From Geosiphon pyriformis uo1 (lineage: Eukaryota > Fungi > Glomeromycota), in assembly GCA_016748015.1 (NCBI GenBank), contig JAAOMT010000523.1, positions 378,935 to 442,934 on the forward strand: a stretch of DNA of 64,000 nucleotides. Direction: 5' to 3'. Below, piece after piece: positions 38,641 to 51,344 of this stretch. Both the position numbers and the translations under genes were made by a program. Within the stretch, counting starts at the first letter, position 1. Every line of letters begins with the position of its first letter. The notes beneath the pieces are model-generated. The model saw only the letters and a list, made by a program, of their open reading frames with translations. It ran no database searches and was not told where the DNA came from.

Positions 38641-40500
38641 TTTTATGTCAGAAAAGTTAGGATAGTAAATACTAGAATTATGAAATTTTCGAAGATATTG
38701 CTTAAAATCAGAGTAAGTCAATTATTTAACAAGGTTTATTAATATTGGAAAATTACAAAAAGTGGCTTTTTAAATACTTATTTTTTAGGAAACTCAATTT
38801 CTTGTTTCATGAACAGGACAATGTTACAAATTCTCATCTGATTTTCAAAAGAGGTAATTTAATGTTGATCCGTAACTCTAAAATTTGTAATATATCATTT
38901 AAAAAAGTTCATTTCAGAAATTTTGGGTTTGAAAATTCTGAGCTTGATTATTTTCAACGCTTTTCCTTGTGAGTTTGTAACCTTAATTGGAAGAAATCTT
39001 TATGATTTTCCCATTACAATCAAATAATTGTGAAAAATACAAATCAATAAGTTCCTATACGTTAATTTACATACCCAACTATTTATTACCATATTTCTAT
39101 TATGAAATAATAACAAAAATCAAGTCGGTTGTAAAGGCTACAAAGGAAAAGTTTTTTTTTCATTTTTTCATTTATTTATCCCCAATTACTGTTAAATAAT
39201 TTTACCTTAATCATAATAATTTTTTTAATCACAACACATTTTTTTTCAATGGGATTTAAAAATTTTTTTTTTTGTTTGATTAACTGCGCATTCTAACCAA
39301 TCTTCGATGATTGGAGATTGCCTAATAATACTAAATCATTTAGCGAATCATATTGTTAGGAGAAATTGATCCTCAGCAAGTTATGTGAACTAATTTCCAA
39401 CTCTTCAAGATATTTCACAATGTTAGATAAATCATCTTGTCTTCAAAATGATTATATGTTTAAAAAAAAAAAGGCCTCATTCATAAGCGTCCCAAAAAAG
39501 CGAGGAAATTTTTTATCCTAAACAGTTTCGATGAAGAATTCTCAATACGAAAAAGTAAACAACCATTAAAGGACTAGAGCATTTTGGCTGATCATCCAAA
39601 AACTTCTAAAATTTAGGTTTTGCCAGTTTTTCTGTTATTGTCCACAAATAACACTCGTGGTCTTTGGTTCATTGGAATATGCATCCAATGTTGTTTTGAT
39701 ATAAGGAAGATTGCATTTCGGAATGGAGCTGCATATCTCGAAAATCCTTGTTCTATTTTTAAAAATTGGTTCTTGACGTAATTAGAAATAATCAAAAGAC
39801 AACATCAAAAATATTGTACATTCATTTTCACAAAAAAAGATTTTATATAGTTATATCTATGGTTTTAAAATAATTCTTTCCGAATATTAAATGTCTTGGC
39901 CCCTTTTTTATAGTAGGACATATTGAATCGATTTTTTATTGGATAGAGACCATATAAAATGACGGCTTTCAATTAATTCAATAAAACCTTTGGCTAATTT
40001 TCTCCTTTTTTGTTAATTAATATTAAAACTATAAAAATGGGTACAATTTTAATTTGTTTGTTTTTTACTGGGCACCATTTGTCGATCAACATATTTCAAC
40101 GTGACCACACGTTAACAAAAGAAAAAGTATTTTCCAAAGTCAAAATTCTTAGGGACTAAAAGCCCGGTTTTCAAATTTAAATCTTAATAGATTCTTAGCT
40201 CAAATAAATAAATTTTTCCAAAATTCAATTAATGGCTTTTAAATGACTCTTTTCTTTCCGGAGAAACTTTATTTCAGAATCAGTTCATTTTCATTGTTTT
40301 AATAGTTAGAAATATTATTATTTGAAAATGTAATTTTCTCGTAATAATTAATTTATTTCACGCGCTCTCATTGAAGTTACATCATTACAATAAGGGGAAG
40401 TTTTTCATGTTATTTATTATTGATAAAATTCATAAAACAGTTTCTAAAAAATGGTTTAATTAAACTGGTGTTATTGACTGACTGACTGAAATCCAAGATA

Positions 40501-41934
40501 CAATGTGTTGCAAAAAAAATTGGACAGAAAAAAATAATCACTGTGCTTTATCCAATGCACCAAAAAATTTAAATTATATACCATCAAAAAGCTAAAAAGC
40601 ACATGATTTTATTAAAAAAATTTAGTATGATATTCTTTCCCCCCTTATTCGCAATTATCATCTTACAATGGTGTTTCATTGATCCCATTAACCCAATTAG
40701 GGTAGATCGGGGAATATCTCGCCACCTCTGATCACATTTCTGAAAAGGCTAGGGCTTTAAGAAATCCGAAAAGTTAGAAAGTTGTGAAAGCACACAATCC
40801 CTCATCTAGATTGCTTAAACGGATATAGATCGTCTGAAACTCCAATGTCATTGTCTATTGCTATTGCAAAAATATTCTTTAAATATCAAAAAAATATATA
40901 TCACTCTTCTTTATCAGTGATAGGCTATAATAACAAATTTAAATTAATTTCTTTGGCTCTCGCTTGTGTAAAGTTTACAGTGTGTTGCAAAAAAAATTGG
41001 ACAAAAATACACATCACAAAACTTGATACAGTTTAAACAATTTTAGTTAGTTTGTGGTGGTTGAATTAGAAAGTGAATGCTAAGATAAGTGAATAAATAT
41101 GATAAATTTTTTTCGTGCGTTTTACTAACAATTTTTTTAGAAATTTTCTTGCACAATGCTACCTTCCAAGCAAGAAACACAGTGCCAAACCTTATTATAT
41201 TTTTGGAATGAAGGGATACCAGACGCAACTGAAATAAAACAGCGAACAAATATACAACGCTCTACTATCTATAATATCCTTAAGAAACTCAAAAAAACAG
41301 GAATGGTGGAGCATGCGAATGGAAATGGTCGGCCGTGAAAAATTAAAGGAAATGTATCACGAACATTAGGACAATACCTCCGTCAAGATTCTTCAATATC
41401 TTTGAGGGCTTTGAAAATAGAATTAGCAAAAAGAATGTAGACGCTTCTCCTAGTACTATCCAAAGGCACTTAATTAATCATGGATATAAAAAAGACTTGC
41501 CTTTGGCAACTCCAATGCTCACCAATCTCCACAAGGAAAATCGTGTAAAGTGGGCTCAAGAATATCTCAATGATAATTGAAAAAGAACTGTTTTTTCGGA
41601 TGAAACAGCTTTATGTCTATTCCGAAATACAGAACGTTGGTATAAAGGCCAGTGACCAACTCGTGCTATACCAAAAGATCGAACAAAAATTATGGCGTGG
41701 GGTGGTTTTTATGAGAAAGAAAAGGTAATTTTATTTTGTTTTACCCAAATAATGGATTCTAAGTTCTATGTAGAAATTATTCGTGAACATTTACCTGAGA
41801 TAAGAAGTTATAGCTTGGCCATCTAATAGTCCTGGCTTGAATCTCATTGAAAACTTATGCGCTATTGTGAAAAGGAATGTGGAGAAGCGTATACCCAAAA
41901 ATCGGAATTAGAACAGTTTATGAAGGAAGAGTGA
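40501..41934 (+). mobile_element. Tc1/mariner DNA transposon relic (left end plus degraded transposase 41156-41934; right TIR missing)
   Basis: TA + CA(A/G)TGTGTTGCAAAAAAAATTGGACA at 40501 and 40978. HTH ...RSTIYNILKKLKKTG..GNGRP; PMLTNLHKENRVKWA; VFSDE; WGGF; WPSNSPGLNLIEN. Stops, frameshifts and deletion of the second catalytic D region. Confidence 0.9.
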
Positions 41935-41956
41935 GTATTCAAAAGTCATTGAATTA

Positions 41957-42866
41957 GTGAAAAATATTCTTGCGCGCAATCAGAAAACACCTGAAGATTT
42001 GTTTGATTGCTTGAATGAGAAAAATTCACAATCTTTGATAGATACTTTTGGACAATTCATTTTAGGATGTTGTCATGATATTGGATTTGGTACTTCACAA
42101 GATCAAGGAAAAGCATTTGAACACTATTCAAAAGCTGCAGAGGCGGGAGATATAGGTGCACAATACAGTCTTGCAGTTTATTATGCTAATGACAAAGGCA
42201 CGACAAAAAATTTAGAAAAAGCATTTGAACTCTATTCAAAAGCTGCAGAGGCGGGATATACAAGTGCACAATAAAATCTTGCACTTTGCTATGTTAATGG
42301 AGAAGGAACGACAACAAATCCAGAAAAAGCATTTGAAATCTATTCAAAAGCAGCAGAGACGGGACATACAAGTGCACAATACAATCTTGCACTTTGCTAT
42401 GCTAATGGAAAAGGCACGACAAAAAATTCAGACAAAGCATTTGAACTCTATTCAAATGCTGCAGAGGCAGGAAATTTAAAGGCACAATACAATCTTGCAC
42501 TTTGTTATGCTAATGGAAGTGGAACGACAAAAAATTTAGAAAAAAGCATTTGAACTCTATTCAAAAGCTGCAGAGGCGGGACATTGAAAGGCACAATATT
42601 ATCTTGCAATTTGTTATGCTAATGGAGAAGGAACGACAAAAAATCTGGTAAAAGCATTTAAACTCTATTTAAAAGCAGCCGAGGCAGGATATAAAGATGC
42701 ACAATACAATCTTGCACTTTGTTATCAGAATGGATGGGGAACAACAGAAAATCTGGCAAAAGCATTGAAACTCTATTTAAAAACAGCGAAGGCAGGAAAT
42801 ACAATTGCAAAAATCAATCTTGGACTTTGTCTTCGTAGTGGGAATTTTAATAACATATTCTTATAA
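41957..42866 (+). pseudogene. Sel1-like repeat (SLR) protein fragment, seven 108-bp (36-aa) repeats
   Basis: AAGCATT anchors at 42111, 42219, 42327, 42435, 42544, 42652 and 42760. Unit AFELYSKAAEAG...AQYNLALCYANGxGTTKNLEK. Stop at 42272, +1 slip at ~42541, further TGA at ~42586. Confidence 0.9.
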
Positions 42867-43126
42867 ACAAAATCCAAAAACAATTTTTTCTCATTTCTAT
42901 CAATCAATCAATCAGAATTCGTTGAAAATTTATTTCTAATTAATACTTCACATAAAAATACCTGCTGTTGATATTAACGAATCTTAAATATGACATTTAT
43001 AAATAATTACGTTAATTGATAAAAATGGCAAATCTTTGATCAGAAAATATGGATGATCGACTTTTATAAAAATACTTGAAACCGTTTTTCATCAATTTGA
43101 TGTTCTTTACTACGTTGCAGAAAAAA

Positions 43127-44955
43127 ATGGCTGAAAACCTAGCCAAATCACAGAGGCCAAGAGTAAGATGTATTGAATTCTTTAGTGGAATTGGTGGCCT
43201 GGTTTGTTTTATTTGAAATCTTTTTTTTTTTTACTTATTTATTAGAGTTCTTTTCACTCTCTCTATCGTATTAAAAAAAAATTAATTTTAATTTTGATTA
43301 GCATTATGGTCTTAAAGCAAGTGGGGTTCAAGCACAAGTTGTAGCAAGTTTCGATATGAATCTAGTGGCAAATTCAGTTTACAAACATAATTTTGGAATG
43401 TCACCAATTACGGTAGTTATCAAGCTAGCTTAATATCTATTACTACGATTTGGCTAAAAGATTGTATTTTTAGACAGCAATCGATGTGCTTAAAATCGAG
43501 GATATTGAAAAGCATGACGCAAACTGTTGGCTTATGAGTCCACCTTGCCAACCATATACAAGAGGAGGCAAAGGTTTAGATGACCAGGATACAAGAGCTA
43601 AAGCCTTACTCCATCTAATTGAAATTCTTCCACAATTAAATAAACCACCAAATTATGTGTTTCTGGAAAATGTTGTAAATTTTGAAGTAAACAATTTAAA
43701 AGTTTTGAATTTTGCTATGATGATGTCGAAATTTTTGAAAATTCAAATTTTGACTCCCTCTTTTGTTTTTCTTTTAATAAACATGTCAGAAGTCAAGATC
43801 TCGCCAAAAGCTTGTCACCCAACTTTCCAAAATGAATTATAATATTCACGAGTGTTTATTGACACCATTGCAATTTGGCATCCCTAACGATCGAAAAAGA
43901 TATTATCTCATGGCACGAAAGATATCCATCATAAACGATAAAGATACCATAGAAATGACTCCTAAATACTCTGAAACTGGAGAAATACTAATTACTTGGC
44001 CATTTAAATTCATGAACATATCAGATCCTGATGATGATACTCAACCTGATACTCAACCCACAATAGTTCCACCATCTAAACAACCATTATTCGAAATACA
44101 ACCATTATCAAACTTTTTACAACTCCAAGATTCAGAAAAGGAAAATATTTTTCAAGATCACCAAGTGCCCGAGAAATATATTTTAAAGAGATTCAATTTC
44201 AGATTTGGTATCGACCTTTTCAATCCTCACTTTTATGAACTTCAACCCAACCACTTCTATGAATATTTTTAATACTGATTTGTTAAATTTTTATCTCTTG
44301 AAAGATATTGTTCAACCATCATATCAAAGGTCTACTTGTTTCACAAAAGTGAGTATTTATAGAGGTCATTAAATTACAAGTTTAACTCTTATTAATCAAA
44401 TATATATTTTTTATGGAACATATTTAAGGCCTACGGTAGTCACCATGTATTTGGTTCTGGGTCTTTGCTTCAGACCAAACATATGGAGGTAACTCATATA
44501 AAATCTTTTTCCTGTCGCTTGACAACAAATGCATATCGAATTATTAAGCAGTTTCAAATCGTATGTTTCAGATCATAAATTACAATTTTTCAGATCCGGC
44601 CTCATTGCTTAAATTAGGTTTACGATTTTTTACCCCATCCGAAGTTGCTAGAATTAATGGATTTCCAATAAATCCAAATTCTTATCAGAACAACAACATT
44701 TTCTCGGATCCATGTTCAAATGAGAACCCGACTAAAGCAAAATCTGTAAATCCGAATAAACTTCCAATAGGCCTCGAAAACACAGATCGACCAAAAAAAT
44801 TTAATGCTGATATTATAGATTTTTCTTCAAATACTCCGGTATATTTTGAGTTTCCTGAGGATATTAACACCATTCAACGCTATCGATTACTTGGAAATAG
44901 CCTAAATGTTTGGGTTGTTGCAGAATTAATGAGATGTGTCTTATTTTTGATTTAA
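43127..44955 (+). CDS. DNMT2: DNMT2/TRDMT1 (Pmt1-like) C5-cytosine methyltransferase; exons 43127-43201, 43302-43412, 43474-43686, 43790-44207, 44305-44348, 44429-44488, 44572-44955
   Basis: Motif I EFFSGIGGLH, IV MSPPCQPY, VI LENV, VIII QFGIPNDRKRYY, DNMT2-diagnostic CFTKAYG, IX LRFFTPSEVAR, X RYRLLGNSLNV. All six GT-AG introns join in frame. Confidence 0.95.
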
Positions 44956-45949
44956 AATTTATCAACTTTGAAGTCAAAGCCAAAGCCATATCTATCCAAT
45001 TAAATTTTACTTCATTTGAATAATTTTTTCAAAAAGTACTCATTCATATGAATTGGTCTTTAGTAATTTTTCAAATACCAAGTATCGTATTCGATGACGC
45101 AATTATAAATATGAAAAAATTTTTCAAAAGAGCTCAGATCTTCAAGTTTGGATAAAATGAAAAATTGAGGACGGTTGTATATTCGGCAAATATTACATTT
45201 GAATGATTATTTAAACACAACATGAACTTCATTACCCATATATGCTTTACGTGTCATATACGTGAGAATAAAATGTGATTGTCTTTGCCAAAGATGTAGG
45301 AGTCGGTATGATGGTGTACTAATCCTAAAATGAAAGCCTTTCAAGTACAAGAAAAATAAGAGGGCCTATCTATCGACTTAAGAGAGTTTTAGTCATTTAA
45401 TGGGAGATAGAAAGAGGCTAGAGTGAAGGAATGAGGAAAGCGTACCGGAACAGATGAGAAATTGAAAATAAACGAGATACTTTAAAATCAACCTCTAAAG
45501 TCTCAAGAAAACGCGAAAAAGGTGATTAGTCTATCAAATGAATTTTCGTATAGATATAGGATGGATGATTGGTAAAATGTTCGTATGCAAGTTATTTAGT
45601 TTTTTCATTGACGAAACTTTGTTTTTTCGACTGGCTTCCCCTTGGTGCATTCTGCATTCTTTATTTCATAGTACAAAGATAAAATAAAATGATGTCGATA
45701 TGCCTAGAATTGAAATCTAAATGAAACCTGGAATATTTGGCAAAAAAATTCTCATTCATTTTCTTCCGGTAGCCGCTGTCACAAGTGTATACACTTGGCA
45801 TGTTTCTAAAAAGATTCTTTGAAAATGGAATTTAATTATTCCCGAAAACAGCAAGAGAACAATGAATGTTTTCTGACTACCTATTTACTCCTTAATGTAA
45901 ATATATCTAAATAACTTTAAAAAATTATATAAATATTTAATTCCATTAA

Positions 45950-47480
45950 TTAAAAAATTTTATTTGTTATAATTTTTATTTTGTGACAAAAATTTTAGAA
46001 TTAATAATAATTATTGTGTGTGATTTTTAGTTTAACGTTAATTTTAATAGATAGGATCATTATTGACAAAAATAAATAAACTTATAATATATTTTCATTG
46101 ATCTTTTTATATTTTTTTTGCTACGAATTATTCTTTTGAAATATCTCTTTATTTTAATATTTAACACTTTATATAAAGTCAAATTAGCTCATATTAAAGT
46201 TGTATTCTAGCTATTACATGGGTTTATTAATATTAAGACTGTTACTAAAAACAATATTAAGTTTTTTTGTATAATATTTGCATATTATAAGTTTTTAAAT
46301 ACTATTATTAAAGATTAAGCTTGTTTATATGCTTAAAAATTATAAATTTTAGTTTTATTTTTTTCTGTTTGTATGTTTGCCAATAACATTAAAAATATTT
46401 TTAAAGATTTTAATAAAATTGTTGCTATTAAATTGAAGTCCGTGGTTTGTAACAATATGTTATTATATATTTTAAAACTCTTAATTTGCTAACTTGCCTT
46501 TTTTCATTGGTTATTTTTGGTAAAAAAAAATATTAGAATTTTTTTTTAAAACCAAATTAATTAATTTTTTGGTTGTATAGCTTTTGAAATTCCAAATATC
46601 ATTGTTTAAATACATAATTAAATATGGTTTTATTCTCTAGTTATTTGAATTTAATTGTTGTTAAAAGTATTGTATTTTAAAAAAAAATTATATTTAATGG
46701 AAATTTCTGAATTTTGGCATTTTTATAATTGCCAAAAATTAAATTATTGGTTTCTGTCTGTAAAAACACTTTTTTGGTTTAATTAAAACCATTTTTAAAC
46801 TTTTTATTATGTCCAAACAAGTGTAGTTTTTTTTAAAGTGTTATATTTTTTATTCTAACTAAATATGTAGTTATTTTAATTTTAATAATTATATATTGCT
46901 ATTAAAATATTGATCTATATTTGATGTTACAATTTAACTTTTAAATTTAATATATTACAAGTAAATATTGCAGTCACTTTTTATTGTTTTTTTAAACAGC
47001 TTTTAATTATAAAAAGTCTTGAATATAATAATTAATATTTTAAAAAATTACAACTAAATTAAAATCAAATTCTGGATTTTTTTTCAATATAGTATGTTTT
47101 TAATTTTAATAATTATATGTTAACTTCTAAATATTTAAATTTAAATCTTTTAAACAATTACAATAGTCATTTATTTTGGGTTTAATAATTCAAATAAACT
47201 AATGTTTCTGAAATTAATAATTAAGCAATAATATAATTATTAGTTTTTAACAAAACAATGTAAAAAAATATTTTATTTATTAATTATAATTTGGTCAAAA
47301 CAAAATTATTTTAATAAATGTATTTAATTTAAGTATTAAAACTTATTTCATTATAAAATATAAAGATAAGCTTATTTTTTATACAAATTTTTTAAAATAT
47401 TTACAAATTTTTATTTGAACTGATTGAATTTTATTTGAACTACACAAAATTTTAGTTTAAATTGTTTCAAATTTATGCAA
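45950..47480 (-). mobile_element. Heavily eroded LTR-retrotransposon (Ty3/gypsy-like) pol/integrase relic
   Basis: Minus-strand peptide HIVTNHGLQFNS at ~46460-46425 (cf. integrase IVTDxGxQF), with upstream LFGH..KKCFY zinc-finger-like remnants. Boundaries approximate. Confidence 0.4.
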
Positions 47481-47539
47481 ACTAAAATTTTAAACACTTA
47501 AAAGCAAACTGTATTTTTTATATTTTTATACTATCAAAA

Positions 47540-49157
47540 GCCAAAACACCATAAAAAAATTACTTATCACTTTTTTCTTTATTTTGTACACTTTATAATT
47601 ATTTTTTCAACTCTTTTAAAAATTGAAAAAAGTAAATAACGCTACCGAAAACATAACCAATAATAAAAAATCTATTCTAATATAAGAAAATATTATTTTA
47701 TATAATTTTAGAAAGTTTAAAAAAACCATAAAAAGTTTTAATGTTGATAGTTTTATATTAAGTAATAAATATAATATAACAGATAATAGTAAAATAATAG
47801 AAACTGATATTAATAATATAAAAAATATTATGTTAAAAAACCAGTTTAATTAAATAATAATAGAAAAATTCCGTATAGTTTAAAAAAATATTATTAAAAA
47901 ACACTATAATCAGTTTTTTCTTATTAAAAACCCAATAAAACAACCAAAATTTGAAAATAATAATGTAAAAATAGGGTTTTTTTAATATTTTTTATCTTTA
48001 TTAAAGTCTTTTATTCTAAATAGAAAATTTTTTGCTTTGAATATTAATTTGTGGACTATTTAAGAAAAAATTCTCAAAAAAATTGCAGATTATTAAAAAA
48101 TTGGTTTTAGATAAATTTTTATTTATTCCGAATTCTATAAAATTATCAGATTATTTTTTACTTTTAAATTAATAGTCAAAAAAAAGAGGTGTATTTATTA
48201 ATACTAATTTTAAAGATAATTATCACAAAAAATTTGTAAATATTACAAAAAAACTATGCATATAGCTTTTTTTATATTCAATAAAATTATTGCAATTAAA
48301 ATATAACTCATTGATTTATAACAAAAAGCTATAATCAAATTTCTTAATTTAAATATTGCTAAATTAATAACTTTTAATTGTTAAAAAAATTTAGTATAAA
48401 TAGCAAAAATTAATATTAACAGAGAATTTTAAAAAAAATACATATTGATTGTTTTTATATCTTATTAATAAATATATTTGCTTTCAATTTTTTCAATTTT
48501 TTGGTATTATTAATTATAATTCTATTATATACAATTAAATTAATATATATTATTGTTTGCTTTGAATTCAAAAAAATGCTTTTAATAAAATTTTAGTTTT
48601 TAATAATATAATTTTAAAATAAACTAAACTGTATTGCTATTTTATATTAAGTATAACAAATTTAATTATATGGTTTTAAAATATAATTTTGATAAAAAAA
48701 TTAAAAAATGGTTTAAAAAAAATGTATTAAAGTTAGTTAAGCAATAAATACTGTATATATATATTCATATTTTTTAGTTTTATCTTAAATATAAGCCATT
48801 AATAATTTTTTTAATTAAGATTTAGTAAAAAATATAATAATAAAACTGCCAAAATTTTAATTTAATTTAATTTTAATTAATAATATAAAATTAAGTATTA
48901 AGAAATTAATTATTATAGTTAAAAGTTTAATAATACATATAAATAGTTTTTTTTTATTTTTAAAGCTTAATAAAACACATTTTTAATAACTATATATATT
49001 TAAAAAATTGTTATATATAATATAATAAATGAATAATTTTAATTATTATTAAAACAAAATTTAAAAAAATTTTGAATTAAAAAATTAAAATTTTTATAAT
49101 AAAATATTTAAATTTAAATATTATATATATTATAAATAATAATATAATTAAACATAT
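47540..49157 (+). mobile_element. Ancient LINE relic B, 5' part (ORF1 plus start of APE)
   Basis: RKFFALNINL (48022; cf. KFFALDIEV), IIRLFFTF (cf. IIRLSFTS), FNKIIAIKI*LIDL*QKAIIKF (cf. FSKIVLIKMQLTGFWQKTLIEF), IINNNIIKH (cf. IIIDSFLAKH). Confidence 0.65.
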
Positions 49158-51344
49158 GTTTTTTTATCTGGTATTGGTAGTTTTGTAATTCATAATCAAC
49201 TATCACTCTCAGTTTAGTTTTATTTCATCTAGTGTATATTATAAATAAAATATTATAATTAAAAAAGAGCTTAAATTGAAGGCCAATTTACCAAAAAATT
49301 TTTCCAATAAGACTTTGCATCATCCATCTTTTTATGATTTGAAGTCATTTGAATAGGTTTAGACTGAAGGAAAGTTAGCTTTGATAATTGCTTTTTTTAA
49401 TGCTTCTAATATTCTTGGGTATTTGTTTGAACATAGGTTTTTGAATTTGCAAATTTTGGAATAAGCTTTTTTAGATCCTTTGCAATTTTCTGTCAAATTA
49501 TATGTTAGTTCAGTAAACAATTTTTTGGCTAAAATGGTAAAAATTTTTTGCTTAATGAATTGTTTATAATGAACAATTTGCTTAGTACATTTTATAGTCT
49601 TGAAAAGTTTTTGATATCAAATATTCCGAGAGAATCTTTGTATTATAAGTCAATATGTTTTTTAAAAAGATTTGGTATTGTGTTTAGAAACAGACTGCTG
49701 GATAAAAAAAATAACATAATGGATTGAAAAACTTTTTAGCATTGAAAAAAGTTAGATTTTAGAAGTTCTGTACTTTACTAATTTGTTTTGACTTCAGGAT
49801 TTTTGTATTATAAGAGTATTTTAGAGACAAGTTTTGTTAAGACTAATGATTTTTTTGACATAAATATTTTGGGTTTTAATAGGTTTTTGGAAGTGCATAA
49901 AAATTTGCTTAAGGTTTAATTAAAAGCTATTAATATATACATGGATAAGTCTTTAAGAAATATAGATTTAGTTAAGATTACTTATAAGGCTGCTGCATAT
50001 TTTTTATCTGTGAATATAAGTATTGATGCTGCTGTTTATGGGCTTTTGTCTTTTACAATGGCTGAATTACAAGCTGTTACTTTGTTTTTGGAATGTATTT
50101 CTTTTTTTTGTATAGTTATTATGTATCTAAACAATCAAATTACTATTAATGTTTATGTTTCTAAGGCCAAAATTGCTGTGCCTGATTTTTACAATCAGTG
50201 CTGATTGGAAAAAAAACATATTAATAATTTAATAAAGAATAAGAACTTTTTAATTAAGTAAGTGAAAATTAAGAGTTATTTAAGTGTTTCAAATAATATT
50301 AAAGCTGACTTATTGGCAAAAATAGCTGCTGTTTTTTTTTTTTTTATCTATTGGTGTAAATAAACATTATATAGTGGCTAAAAGCACAATTGTATTTGGC
50401 AATATTTGTCATTTTGTTTGTAATATTTATAAATCTATTAGTTATAGTCATTGGAAAGCCAATCTTAGTTATAATATGATTTCTTGTGTCTTGATTAGAA
50501 AAGTAAACTGGATATTAATTACACAGATTTGGTATTTTGATTTATACATGTTATCTGAATTTACTAGTAAAAAATCGGCCAATTTACATATCTATTTAAT
50601 AAAAATCATATATAAATGGTTGTTAATAGTGGTTAGAAAAAAGTTATACAACAAATTATATTTTAAGATTTTGTATTTATTTTGTGGTAAGATTGAATTG
50701 CCAGATTATGTTTTTACTTGTGTTAATAATATTAATATTCATAAAAAAATTTTGATGAAAGCTTCAACTGTCTGGATTTCTTTGGTTACTGTCTGTAATT
50801 TTTTTTGGTGTTCTAAAGACTATTTCCAAATGTTTATTAGACATAAAATTATATATTATAGTTTGCAAAGACTTTATATAAAGAAATTAGTATAAAAAAA
50901 TTATTATAGTACTTAAAGAAAAAAAAAGACTGTTATAATAGTGGTTAAATTGGTAAGACATTTAATAAAGAAGCATTATTCAAAAATTTAGTTTGTGAAA
51001 TTTAAACATAAGATATATATAGAAAAAGCCGGTTTAGTTAATAATAATGATATAATGTTTGAATTGTTTTATGGTTTTTCAAGAAAACTGTCAAATAGAA
51101 TGGTTTATTTGCTTAGTGTAATTGAATTTTTTGCTGTTAGTTTTAATAGACATGTATTGTATTCCTTTTTTTCTGGATTAAATAGTACTGTTAGTGTTTA
51201 TGTAGATATATAGTATTGCCTTGTTTGGTCCAAATAACTAGTCACATATTATAAGTGTATAAGTTATATTTAGTTTAAATTACTTAATCTGGTTTTGTAT
51301 ACTAGATAACAATTGAACTTTATTTATAAAATGTTAATAAAAAA
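49158..51344 (+). mobile_element. 5'-truncated LINE copy 3 (post-RT region, RNase H, zinc finger, 3' UTR, A tail) with 12-bp TSD
   Basis: LHHPSFYDLKSFE, YMDKS..AELQAV, YLFCGKIELPDYVFTC, stop at 51213, degenerate 3' UTR. AATTAAACATAT at 49146-49157 and 51345-51356. Confidence 0.9.

Larger units (their letters stand above)
37775..43314 (+). repeat. Segmental duplication unit A (paralog of ~57350-64000)
   Basis: Collinear blocks: 37775-38617 ~ 57350-58428; 39204-40244 ~ 62401-63550; 42876-43314 ~ 63551-64000. Confidence 0.9.

Noticed and set aside
42060-42830. Regular 108-bp repeats as a CRISPR array
   Set aside because: Units are contiguous, have no unique spacers and translate as Sel1-like repeats; the context is eukaryotic.
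43127-44955. The methyltransferase as RID/DIM-2/DNMT1 or a bacterial restriction-modification methylase
   Set aside because: It has the DNMT2-specific CFT motif, no N-terminal regulatory domains and six spliceosomal introns.
45240-45860. Moderately GC-rich stretch downstream of DNMT2 as a gene or ncRNA
   Set aside because: No ORF, splice pattern or RNA motif that I could support.
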